Source: Bacteroidota bacterium | GTDB lineage: Bacteria; Bacteroidota; Bacteroidia; Bacteroidales; VadinHA17 | DNA: 39,893 bases | Assembly: GCA_037143835.1 (NCBI GenBank) | Contig: JBAWXY010000003.1 | Location: 1 to 39,893 of the forward strand | Reading direction: 5' to 3' | Shown here: piece after piece, positions 9,666 through 19,063 of the stretch | Position numbering within the stretch: position 1 is the first letter of the stretch | How the letters are laid out: every line of letters starts with the position of its first letter | Program-made: the position numbers and the translations under genes | Notes under the pieces: model-generated | What the model saw: only the letters and a program-made list of their open reading frames with translations | What the model was told of the DNA's origin: nothing | Databases searched by the model: none

Positions 9666-11081
9666 TTAAGCCAATCCTGCCTTCTTCATAATTAAAGCAA
9701 TGTCATATTCAGGTTTACGGGCTTTTCGTGCCAGCATTGCATTGGCTTCTTTATCACCGGTGAACTTCTCTTTCTTCGCATCCCATGTCAGTTTGCGGTT
9801 CAACTTCATTCCTATCCATGCTACGGCACACGCCTCAAGACTTCGTGAGGACTGATCAACAGGGGCAATGGGATCCTTACGGCTTAAAATGCTTTCGAGC
9901 CAGTTACGGTAATGGTCAGCACTTGGCATCCATATTTTGCCCTCCGGACCTACCCTGGGATAAAGAATTTTATCGTTGCTGGCATAAAGAGGACCTTTCT
10001 TATTATCAACAGTTGAAACAGGGTCGCTTTTGGTTGCCCTCTCACTTCCACGTGCACAAAAGGCCATTCCATCAGATCCTTCGAACTGAATACCATTGGT
10101 AAACTTATTATCAAGTATCACCTTTATATTGCCCGGATACATCATCTCTGCATGGTAAGTAGTATGAACTGTCCATACATCGTCTTTCATAAAATCTGCT
10201 TTCGCCTCTACCGACAAGGGCCCGCTGAGCTCCATTCCCATAGCCCAATGAGCTATATCTATATGATGAGCCCCCCAGTTGGTTATCATCCCAAGGCCAA
10301 AGTCTTCAGTTGTGATCCAGCCTGGTCTTCCATCGATGCTGTCCTGCGGATGACACCTGAATTCCATATAGGGTTGATCAGGAGCTGCTGCGAGCCAGCG
10401 TTCATAATCGAATGTTGACGGTGGAGTTTGAGATGATGGCCTGACACCCTTAGGCTTGTCTACCCCGATGCCTATTTTTACAGTCTGAAGCTTTCCGATA
10501 CGACCATTACGCACCGCTTCAGTGGCAACACGAAATGTATTCCATGGTTTTTCCGAACGCTGCTGACTCCCGGTCTGAACAATTCTCTTTTTTGCCTTAA
10601 CCGCAGTCCTCAAAGCAATAGCTTCTGCGATTGAATAAGTAAGTGGTTTCTGTACATAAACATCTTTCCCTGCAAGTACAGCCTGTATCGCAACAAATGC
10701 ATGCTGATGGTCAGGAACGCTGACGATTACTGCGTCAATAGCCGGATTAGCTAGCAACTCAAGGAAGTCATGATAGGTTTTCACTTCAACATTCGTTTCA
10801 CCTTTATTCTTATAGAACTCCTCGACGGTCTTTTTTGCTATCTCAACTCTGCGTGAGTCAAGGTCACATACGGCAACCATTCTGCACAGGTCAGTATGTT
10901 TCATTGTTCCTGTATAGTCACCAGTTCCCTGCCGGCCACAACCGATCTGCGCAAACTGAATGAGCTTATTTGGTGATCCGGCGTCTAATGCAGAATTCCT
11001 TAGTATTTCAGGAAGAGTAATCAAACCTACCCCTGTCAGAAGGGATTTTTTCAAAAAATCACGACGTGTTTTATTTTCCAT
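9666..11081 (-). CDS. Tat-exported Gfo/Idh/MocA NAD(P)-dependent oxidoreductase
   Basis: Twin-arginine TRRDFLK after ATG 11081 (preferred over TTG 11105); IGCGRQG Rossmann motif, PDHQH, DVYVQKPL, QTGSQQRS and NWGAHHIDIAHW. Confidence 0.92.
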   Translation of the reverse strand: MENKTRRDFLKKSLLTGVGLITLPEILRNSALDAGSPNKLIQFAQIGCGRQGTGDYTGTMKHTDLCRMVAVCDLDSRRVEIAKKTVEEFYKNKGETNVEVKTYHDFLELLANPAIDAVIVSVPDHQHAFVAIQAVLAGKDVYVQKPLTYSIAEAIALRTAVKAKKRIVQTGSQQRSEKPWNTFRVATEAVRNGRIGKLQTVKIGIGVDKPKGVRPSSQTPPSTFDYERWLAAAPDQPYMEFRCHPQDSIDGRPGWITTEDFGLGMITNWGAHHIDIAHWAMGMELSGPLSVEAKADFMKDDVWTVHTTYHAEMMYPGNIKVILDNKFTNGIQFEGSDGMAFCARGSERATKSDPVSTVDNKKGPLYASNDKILYPRVGPEGKIWMPSADHYRNWLESILSRKDPIAPVDQSSRSLEACAVAWIGMKLNRKLTWDAKKEKFTGDKEANAMLARKARKPEYDIALIMKKAGLA

Positions 11082-11420
11082 ATTAATTTCTATTAAGGTT
11101 CTCAAATTATTATCGAGGAGTTAAAAATACAATATCCAAATACCGAGGTACGTGATATGTGCATACCCCAGTTTCAAATATATTAACTTATGGGTACCTC
11201 TAAAAATTACTTTTTTCGATGTCGTAGTTTAACACAAATATATTTATTAGTTTTCTAAAACCCTAATTTTTACCCTCTCCTCTTTTTTACATATCTAATA
11301 ATCAATACACTATAACATGGTGATTTTTACACTTGGGCATTCCTATCCCATGGCAACTACTATTTTCAACTGAACATAACAGCAAATATTGTACGTTAAG
11401 TTCAAGGGTTTCATTGAAGA

Positions 11421-12926
11421 TTATGGGGAAATATCTTTAAAAGTAGCTCTTATCGGTTCTGAATGAACTGTTTTCATCAATTTTCTTGGATTTAATTCAA
11501 CAGCTGTAGTGATTAGTTCCGGTACATTATAGGATTTCAGGAATGTAGTGTAAAATTCCGGATCTTTTTGTGGTAACAAAAATGGTTTGTGTGCTTTACC
11601 ATTGGTATCGAAATAGCTGAAATACAGTCGTGTATAAAGCCCATCGATACGGCGGCTGCTAAAAACAATCCAGCGACCTCCTGATGACCAGGTATGGTAG
11701 CTTTCGGATTGTGGACTGTTGATATCAGGTTTTGATACTTCACCTGACTCAAGGTCCTTCAGGAATAAATCGCTTTCAGCGTGCCAGATAGAAAAATTCC
11801 CAAAATCTGACATGCAAAATAGCAAGTATCTTCCATCGGGAGAAATCCTTGGAAATGATACGCTGTGTCTATCAGACGAAGCATTTACAATTGTATCGAC
11901 AGCACCAAACTGGCATGTTGCAGTATCGAAAGGGATACGGAGTAAATCATAACGGATCTGATTATATTGAGCTAAAGATAATGCTCTGGCACTGCAAAAA
12001 TACAAATATTTACCGTCGGGCGACCAGGTTGGAAAGGTCTCGAACCGGTCCTTTGATGTTATTGCAGGGCTGGTAAATACAGTATTTTGCTCTGCATCAT
12101 AAATTATTAAATCCGATAGAGTGTCAGTCACTTCAACTTTGATCTGTCGTACGGAATGAAAAGTCTGGAGTATCTGGTTCACTGAAAAGGCAATATATCG
12201 CCCACCGGGATGCCAGGCAGGATATACGCCCGGTGAAAGAGTCTGATCGGTTTTTGTATTCACTTTCTTCAATTTCCCTTCACGGTAAATTACAGTACCA
12301 GCATATTTTGACCGCATATGAAACATCATCGTATTACTGTTATTGCGACAGAACGAATGACAATTCATACAGTTGTCATCACTCATATTATTTATCATTA
12401 TCGGACGTTCGACAAAATTCTCCAGGCATCGCTGGTAAATTCCCATTTTATTCCAGAATTCAAATCCGGGATCGATCAACCGGTACACCACATAGCTGTC
12501 GATCGGATCAACCGCAACATGGTTGATTATTGCAGGGAACTTCATCCAGCCGCCATCTTTTTTTATAAATACCTCAACGAACATATCCTTTCCCTTACAT
12601 CGCTGTAATAGCTTCTTCCATTTTCCTTCAGGAATACGGATATTTCCAGTTGATGATGTTATAGTTATGGTCTCCCCTCCATCTTCGAATATCCTTACCA
12701 GGTACTTTTCCGCATTTTCGTTGATAGTGAAGTTTAACGGAGCAATGTTTGGAGGAAGAGTAATTCCTGAGTAATCGGGTAAAATGTGCACTTCCCTTTC
12801 GGCCTCTGTGAATGTTGATATTTTACCTGAACAGGCATTGAGAATTATGCCGGTTAAAATAAATAGAAATACCTTTGCATTGTGCAGTGCTTTAGCATGA
12901 ATTTCTTTATTTAGTTTTTCCAGCAT
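11421..12926 (-). CDS. TolB/PD40 beta-propeller lipoprotein with a CxxCH motif
   Basis: Lipobox IILNAC; ILPDYSGITLPPNIAPLNF; CMNCH; PD40 repeats YPAWHPGG, FPTWSPDG, FPRISPDG and YHTWSSGG. Confidence 0.85.
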   Translation of the reverse strand: MLEKLNKEIHAKALHNAKVFLFILTGIILNACSGKISTFTEAEREVHILPDYSGITLPPNIAPLNFTINENAEKYLVRIFEDGGETITITSSTGNIRIPEGKWKKLLQRCKGKDMFVEVFIKKDGGWMKFPAIINHVAVDPIDSYVVYRLIDPGFEFWNKMGIYQRCLENFVERPIMINNMSDDNCMNCHSFCRNNSNTMMFHMRSKYAGTVIYREGKLKKVNTKTDQTLSPGVYPAWHPGGRYIAFSVNQILQTFHSVRQIKVEVTDTLSDLIIYDAEQNTVFTSPAITSKDRFETFPTWSPDGKYLYFCSARALSLAQYNQIRYDLLRIPFDTATCQFGAVDTIVNASSDRHSVSFPRISPDGRYLLFCMSDFGNFSIWHAESDLFLKDLESGEVSKPDINSPQSESYHTWSSGGRWIVFSSRRIDGLYTRLYFSYFDTNGKAHKPFLLPQKDPEFYTTFLKSYNVPELITTAVELNPRKLMKTVHSEPIRATFKDISP

Positions 12927-12930
12927 CCTT

Positions 12931-14712
12931 TTACTTGGGTTGATTATTAATGAATTTCAAATAGTACCAGTAGGTTTTCCCAAATTTACTGTACATTGCT
13001 TTGGCCGCCATATCGGTATTATCACCAAAAGAATAAATCGTGCTTGCATAATCTGATAAACGGTTACGGGTAGCCATGCTGATAGTATATCCTTCAGGAA
13101 CAATATTCTTTTTCGCATAACTCATATACGCCAACAGTGCTTCTTCGTAATGTACCGGTATTGTTTTATACCCCAATTCTTTTAACCGATAAATATTTGC
13201 TGCAAAACCACCTAAATTTTTTTCAAGAAGAAGCGAAGCCATAAGATAATCAAAGACCATACGGTTATCAGGGTGGTCTGCAAGTAATTGGGGTAACCTG
13301 ACTCCAAAATTATCAGAATTAATAAAATCAGAGTAGATTTCGAAATGGCGTTTTTCGGAAATTTCCCTATCCTCTTCCAAACGTTCCGGATGATTGACAT
13401 ATAACAGGTAATGCTGTGCCCATTTCCGGTAAAAAAGGGTTTGATCCAACACCTTAAGATATTTCTCAGCAAGTTTAATGTCATCGTTGACCAGGCTGGT
13501 GACAGCCAGACGTTTAAGAGAGCGTGGATTTGGCCCTTTTGCTACCATGGCCTCGAAAGCCCATCGATATGCTTCGCTGTTGTAAGCAAGATGATAGTAT
13601 ATTTCACCTCCGAAAAACGCTATTACCCAATCTTGTCCCCAATCAAGCCATAAGCCCCCTGATCCGGCTTGCGGGTAATGAAACATCTGATCGTCCATGT
13701 GACCTGTTTTGTAAAGAGCAAGATTAGTAAAATGCATAACCATGCGGTTCGAAATCGGACTGGCAGAAGAAAGTTTCAATACTCCATCCCAATCAGAACG
13801 TTGTACACAATGATCAATTCCCAGCAAAATTTCTGTTTTCCTGTCATAGGTATATTTGATAATACCTCCTGCCAAACAAACTATCACTAAGGTTCCAGCC
13901 ATAATGGTTTTCCAGTTCCATCCAGGTAAAAATACCTCAGTTTTTGAATAAGTTAACCACACCTTAGCGATGGTTAAAACTAAAAGATAATAAACTAATA
14001 AAAAAATCAGAATGTATATAAAAGGTGCTCCAATAAAAAAAGGCAGGAAGAATGTCCATGCCGTTCCCTCTTTTATATAATAAATGAAATGTGAAGAAAG
14101 GTACGGAACAAATAAGACGAGTATTGGAAATACCGAAGCAATTATAAAACGGGAATGGTTCCGCTCAAAGAACAATTCGTGAATGAAACAGAGTAGTATC
14201 GCTAAAAGTGCGTATCCACCTGCAATAAAGTACAACAGTAGCCAGCCGGTTAACACAAAAAAATAACGCAACTTATTATTCCGTATGGAAATATAGACTG
14301 CAAAATATCCGATAGAAACAACAAACCCAATGGTATAAGCCAGCGTATACAGATGATAACTATGTAGGGCTGCCAGAAGAAGCACCGGCACAAATGCCCA
14401 GAGCATACCATTAACCTTATGCCTACGGAAAATGTCCATAGTAATTGCATATACCGCAAGCCCTGCCATTGTTATAATTGAAGCCCCGACAAATGGGAAA
14501 AGGAAAAATTGGGTCAGAAACGCACCTGTAAGTTCTGCCAAACCACCCGGCCTCGAAAGAAAATCTTTAAAATAATCTCCATCGAAACGAAATAATTGAA
14601 TTTGTTCCAGATAAATGAGGTGATAGCGATTAAATATTATAAAATAGAAGAAATAAACCACAAAAAACAGACTTGTAGTAATCCATTGATAATTTATGTT
14701 TTTGCGGGACAT
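12931..14712 (-). CDS. DUF6057-like multi-pass membrane protein with a soluble helical (TPR-like) C-terminal domain
   Basis: About 9 hydrophobic segments in the first ~290 aa; motifs EQIQLF and PGGLAELTGAFLTQFF; C-terminal NLALYKTG, AYRWAFE and IPVHYEEA. Family name is from recall. Confidence 0.75.
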   Translation of the reverse strand: MSRKNINYQWITTSLFFVVYFFYFIIFNRYHLIYLEQIQLFRFDGDYFKDFLSRPGGLAELTGAFLTQFFLFPFVGASIITMAGLAVYAITMDIFRRHKVNGMLWAFVPVLLLAALHSYHLYTLAYTIGFVVSIGYFAVYISIRNNKLRYFFVLTGWLLLYFIAGGYALLAILLCFIHELFFERNHSRFIIASVFPILVLFVPYLSSHFIYYIKEGTAWTFFLPFFIGAPFIYILIFLLVYYLLVLTIAKVWLTYSKTEVFLPGWNWKTIMAGTLVIVCLAGGIIKYTYDRKTEILLGIDHCVQRSDWDGVLKLSSASPISNRMVMHFTNLALYKTGHMDDQMFHYPQAGSGGLWLDWGQDWVIAFFGGEIYYHLAYNSEAYRWAFEAMVAKGPNPRSLKRLAVTSLVNDDIKLAEKYLKVLDQTLFYRKWAQHYLLYVNHPERLEEDREISEKRHFEIYSDFINSDNFGVRLPQLLADHPDNRMVFDYLMASLLLEKNLGGFAANIYRLKELGYKTIPVHYEEALLAYMSYAKKNIVPEGYTISMATRNRLSDYASTIYSFGDNTDMAAKAMYSKFGKTYWYYLKFINNQPK

Positions 14713-14787
14713 GTAGGTTATGAATGAAACATTAAATCCAAATCTATCACAAATGAAAGCCCGGGTTAAATATCGGATACAATTTAG

Positions 14788-15498
14788 TTATTTTTTGTCT
14801 TTTCCGGAGAGACGTGTTATAAGGATTACTCCGTTGGCACCTCTTGTCCCATAAACTGAGGCTGCCGGACCTTTAAGTACTTCGATAGATTTTACGGTTT
14901 GTGGAGAGATATCATCAATATTGTTTACAATAACACCATCAACCACAAAAAGAGGTTCGGTGCTGATATTCAGAGAAGAAGATCCCGAAATTTTTATACT
15001 TTTCCCGGTAACCTCAACACCAGGAATCCTGCCGCGAATCATATCATAAATACTCTGATATGAGGCAAACTTTGGATCCTGGCCGTCAATAACTCCAACC
15101 TGGGTTGTTACATCTTTTTTCTGAACAGTGCCATAACCGACATTAACAGTTTCATTTTGATCGTTTTTAACTTTATTTGCGGGTTCTGTGGATTTGTCTG
15201 TCAGCGTGAAATTAATAGTTGTCCTCCCATTAATTGCTTCTTCAGAAGCACCATTAAAAAGGGTGAAAACCAAAATCTCTTTAGAATCAGGGCTGACTTT
15301 AACTTTATAATATCCCCTTTGATCAGATACGGAGTTAGTTTTTATTTTATCAATAAAAATAGCAGCACCTTCAACCGGTTTCTGTTTGGCATCCAGAACG
15401 ATACCGGTGACAGTGATTTTCTTATTTTTGTTCTGTCCGAAGGAAATATTCGAAAAAAAGATTAATAAAGACAAAGTCATTAAAAGTAAGAATCTCAT
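14788..15498 (-). CDS. Plug-only TonB-dependent receptor-like protein (CarboxypepD_reg + Plug, no beta-barrel)
   Basis: Signal peptide, VTGIVLDAKQKPVEGA, VNVGYGTVQKKD, EPLFVVDG and IEVLKGPAASVYGTRGANGVILIT; stop 8 residues later. Confidence 0.88.
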   Translation of the reverse strand: MRFLLLMTLSLLIFFSNISFGQNKNKKITVTGIVLDAKQKPVEGAAIFIDKIKTNSVSDQRGYYKVKVSPDSKEILVFTLFNGASEEAINGRTTINFTLTDKSTEPANKVKNDQNETVNVGYGTVQKKDVTTQVGVIDGQDPKFASYQSIYDMIRGRIPGVEVTGKSIKISGSSSLNISTEPLFVVDGVIVNNIDDISPQTVKSIEVLKGPAASVYGTRGANGVILITRLSGKDKK

Positions 15499-15517
15499 TT
15501 TTTACCGATTTTGAACG

Positions 15518-16504
15518 TTATTCAAGGATTGCTCTCATATATTCAATGCACTTTGTAACTTCTTTAACCGGGTCCGAACCCTCCGGAATAGGGTATTCCA
15601 GTTCAAGGTCAACATTGATTGGCCATTTCTCCTTCTTAATCAGCAGCAGAATATCGGCAATCGGTGTTTCCCCTTTGCCAAACGGCATATTGGTGTTAGG
15701 CTGGCTGTGTTTTGGTCCTGTTTTATCCTTCACGTGTATACTCGGGATAACGTCGTGATATTTTTCTAAAACGTTGTTGGGATGCAGCCCGGTAGAACCG
15801 AAATAGTGACCAACATCAAGATTTAGCCTGTTGGCCGGAGAATATGCAAGGTACTTATCGATGTCAAAGCCGGGTTGTCCAAATTGTCCGTGGGTATGAT
15901 AGATAGCCAGGCTCTTATGCTTTTCAGCAAATTTACCCAGTCGCTGACTGGCTTCATTAGTGAATTCATCCGTTATGCCATAAGCCCCAAGAACTTTGGC
16001 GGCATTATATGCATAGTCTATCTCTTCGTCTGACCACGATGAGGGTGCAAATTTGGCAATGTGGATATTCACCCCGGCATCATTGTACATCTTGCGGATA
16101 TCTGCATACTTTTGCATGGGTAAAGATAAACGCCACTTACGTTGTGCCTCTCTTAGACCTTCTGTGGCTTTTGCACGTTCAGCCTTCTCCTTTTCAGACA
16201 ATTCAACACCGCGAGCTGGTCTTGAGGGGCCTTGAGGAAGACCCAGACTTTCTTCAAGGACACTTCTCATCTCAACCGAACTGACTCCAGCCTGCAGGAT
16301 GTATCCGAGGCATTCCTCGGCACTGTGTGGAATGCTGCGATAGCAATAGGTAGTAAGACCTAATTGAACACCGGCAACTTTGGAATTGGGCTTTTTACCC
16401 TGAGTTCCAATTGCGAAGGAATAATTAAAAGGGACCGCAGCAAATGCTGCCGCGGTTGCAGCAGTGCCTAAAAACTTGCGTCTTGAAATCTTCGAATTTT
16501 TCAT
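15518..16504 (-). CDS. Tat-exported sugar phosphate isomerase/epimerase-family TIM barrel
   Basis: SRRKFLG; GVQLGLTTYCYR, IYHTH, NLDVGH, IHVKD, PFGKGETP and DLELEY. Confidence 0.88.
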   Translation of the reverse strand: MKNSKISRRKFLGTAATAAAFAAVPFNYSFAIGTQGKKPNSKVAGVQLGLTTYCYRSIPHSAEECLGYILQAGVSSVEMRSVLEESLGLPQGPSRPARGVELSEKEKAERAKATEGLREAQRKWRLSLPMQKYADIRKMYNDAGVNIHIAKFAPSSWSDEEIDYAYNAAKVLGAYGITDEFTNEASQRLGKFAEKHKSLAIYHTHGQFGQPGFDIDKYLAYSPANRLNLDVGHYFGSTGLHPNNVLEKYHDVIPSIHVKDKTGPKHSQPNTNMPFGKGETPIADILLLIKKEKWPINVDLELEYPIPEGSDPVKEVTKCIEYMRAILE

Positions 16505-16572
16505 ATTTTATAGATTTGTTATAGGTCATGAAATCTAGTTTTCCTATCTTTATAATACTCTATTGATGCTAT

Positions 16573-16602
16573 CAAATTTACTAATTATATAGTTAAAACA
16601 AA
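16573..16602 (-). promoter_or_regulatory. Putative sigmaA promoter for the 16504-to-11421 run
   Basis: Minus-strand TTTG (16602-16599), 18-nt spacer, TAAATTTG (16580-16573). Confidence 0.55.
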
Positions 16603-16731
16603 ACATTTAATTTTCTTTTATGATAAGAAATGTACCGGCAATTATTGCCCATTACCAGAGCAAATGTGACAAGATATATAACTGCAATATAACTTCTCAA
16701 ACCATAAAACCACAACTAATTAGCGATTAAT

Positions 16732-18051
16732 ATGAAAAGAGACAGAAGGACTTTCTTAAAAAAGACTGCTTTAGGAACAGTTGGCGCATTTGCCATGCCG
16801 ACTGTACTACCATCCTATTTACTAGGCAGCACAGCTCCCAGTAACAGAATAAATGTTGCAGTGATTGGTATCGGAAGACAAACTGTTAGTCCCAACATTC
16901 CCCAATTCCTTAAATCAAGTCATGCTCAGATTGTTGCTGTTTGCGACGTAGATTCATGGCGTTTAGGCAACGGGCAAAAGCAGGTTAACGATTATTATGC
17001 CCAACAGAAGGGATTTTCTTATAAGGGTTGTGATGCCTATGGTGATTTCCGGGAGGTACTGCTTCGCAAGGATGTCGACGCTGTGATGATAGCAACACCT
17101 GATCATTGGCACATACCTATGGCGATAGAGGCTGCACGGGCAGGGAAACATATATCCCTGGAAAAACCAATTTCCACTTGCATCGAACATGGCCGTCAAC
17201 TTGTGAAAGCTATTAAAAAATACGGAGTAATTACACGTAACGACAGCGAATTCAGGGCACTACCAAAGTTTGCCCGGGCAGTTGAGCTTGTACGTAACGG
17301 ACGAATTGGCAAACTACAACGGATATTTGTTGCGGTACCTTCCGACGGACCTCCCCTGCCTGTTCAGCCTACAATGCCTGTACCCCCCGAACTTAATTAT
17401 GATTTCTGGCTGGGACCAGCCTGGGAAGTCCCTTATACCGAAAAAAGAGTACATGACATAAAAGTCAATAACCGACGCCCGGGATGGATGCGGGTAGATA
17501 GTTACTGTAATGGCATGATCTCAAACTGGGGAGCGCACCTGATGGGTATAGTTCAGTGGGGTAATAACACCGAATATACAGGACCAATAAGTATTGAAGG
17601 CACTGGTGAGTTTGACAAAGGATTATGGAATACACTTAATAAGTTTGATATTAAATACCGTTATGCCAACGGGGTGGAGGTGTTCTTCAAAATTGAGCGT
17701 CCTTATGTCCGTTTTGAAGGAACCGATGGCTGGATCGAAGTAGAATATAGCGATAAACTCACGGCAAGTTCACAAACCATCCTCGATTCGCCAACCGGTG
17801 CTGGCGAGATTTCATATAAAGATCTGCCTTCAGATAAGGAAGATTTTCTGCTGGCTATAAAAAATGGGAAACAGACCATAGAACCTTTGGAGACAGCTCA
17901 TCGCACCATATCGATGTGTCAGCTGGGATTAATTTCAATAAAAACAGGTTCAGCCCTTACATGGAATCCTGAAACTGAAGAAATTGCCAACGACAATGCT
18001 GCTTCGGCCTTGTTAAACATCCCCATCCGCGAAAAATACTTTAAGTTCTGA
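16732..18051 (+). CDS. Tat-exported Gfo/Idh/MocA oxidoreductase
   Basis: DRRTFLK; IGIGRQ, ATPDHWH, SLEKP, FWLGPA and NWGAHLM. Confidence 0.92.
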   Translation: MKRDRRTFLKKTALGTVGAFAMPTVLPSYLLGSTAPSNRINVAVIGIGRQTVSPNIPQFLKSSHAQIVAVCDVDSWRLGNGQKQVNDYYAQQKGFSYKGCDAYGDFREVLLRKDVDAVMIATPDHWHIPMAIEAARAGKHISLEKPISTCIEHGRQLVKAIKKYGVITRNDSEFRALPKFARAVELVRNGRIGKLQRIFVAVPSDGPPLPVQPTMPVPPELNYDFWLGPAWEVPYTEKRVHDIKVNNRRPGWMRVDSYCNGMISNWGAHLMGIVQWGNNTEYTGPISIEGTGEFDKGLWNTLNKFDIKYRYANGVEVFFKIERPYVRFEGTDGWIEVEYSDKLTASSQTILDSPTGAGEISYKDLPSDKEDFLLAIKNGKQTIEPLETAHRTISMCQLGLISIKTGSALTWNPETEEIANDNAASALLNIPIREKYFKF

Positions 18052-18135
18052 CTATGATTTTTGACCTTTACAGGCATTTAAAAGAGCCTTAATAATTACA
18101 ATTAACAACATTAACTTTAATACGAGACGACCATC

Positions 18136-18984
18136 ATGAAATTTACCAGACGTAGTTTTATTAAAACCGCCGGAACAGGTGTTATTGCATCAGGATTACC
18201 GGCATTTGCATACGGTTCGACCACAGTCAATAATGCAAATACTTCAGATTCTTTCAAACTTGCGATTGCCGGTTATACGTTTGCAAAATTCAATCTCGAT
18301 CAATCATTGGCTATGATGAAGAGAGTTGGAGTAACCTGGCTTGGTGTTAAAGATTTTCATCTTCCACTCAACAGCACGAAGGAAGTAATTGATCAGACAC
18401 TGGTTAAAATGAAGTCCTTTGGGGTTGAGCCGTACGGAGTCGGGCCTATTTATATGAAAACCGAAGCATCTGTAGACCAGGCTTTTGCCTATGCCAAAAT
18501 GGTGGGGGTAAATATTTTAGTCGGAGTGCCTGACGCCCAATTGCTGCCTTATGTTGAAAAGAAAGTGAAGGAATATAACATACGCGTTGCTATTCATAAT
18601 CACGGACCTGATTTGCCAATTTATCCCAGTGCCGAAGATATCTGGAAAGATATAAAAAACCTCGATTCACGAATCGGTTTCTGCCTTGATATTGCCCATA
18701 CTGTCCGCCTTGGACTCGATCCTATTGAAACATTTATCAAATATAAGCTGCGTATTTTCGATTTCCATGTCTGGGATGTCGATAAACCCGAAAAAGCAGG
18801 CTGGTGCGTCGAAGCGGGCCGTGGGATAATTGACTTTCCAAAGTTTTTCAAGACGTTGCGCAATGAAAAATATACCGGAACATGCAGCCTTGAATATGGA
18901 AGAGACATGTCCGATCCATTGCCCGGTATTGCCGAATCCATAGGTTATTTTCGCGGTGTGATGGCAGGGTTATGCCAGGAATAG
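18136..18984 (+). CDS. Tat-exported sugar phosphate isomerase/epimerase-family TIM barrel (IolE-like fold)
   Basis: TRRSFIK; AIHNHGP, CLDIAH, FHVWD, GRGIIDF and SLEY. Confidence 0.88.
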   Translation: MKFTRRSFIKTAGTGVIASGLPAFAYGSTTVNNANTSDSFKLAIAGYTFAKFNLDQSLAMMKRVGVTWLGVKDFHLPLNSTKEVIDQTLVKMKSFGVEPYGVGPIYMKTEASVDQAFAYAKMVGVNILVGVPDAQLLPYVEKKVKEYNIRVAIHNHGPDLPIYPSAEDIWKDIKNLDSRIGFCLDIAHTVRLGLDPIETFIKYKLRIFDFHVWDVDKPEKAGWCVEAGRGIIDFPKFFKTLRNEKYTGTCSLEYGRDMSDPLPGIAESIGYFRGVMAGLCQE

Positions 18985-19063
18985 CTTATTCCCCGGAATG
19001 GGGGAAAACCATTGGTTTTAAAATGACATCGGAATAACCGGTGAGATAATTTGTATTAATACT

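Noticed and set aside
16637-16649. Palindrome GGCAATTATTGCC in the divergent promoter region
   Set aside because: Single short occurrence with no second copy noticed; cannot be distinguished from chance.
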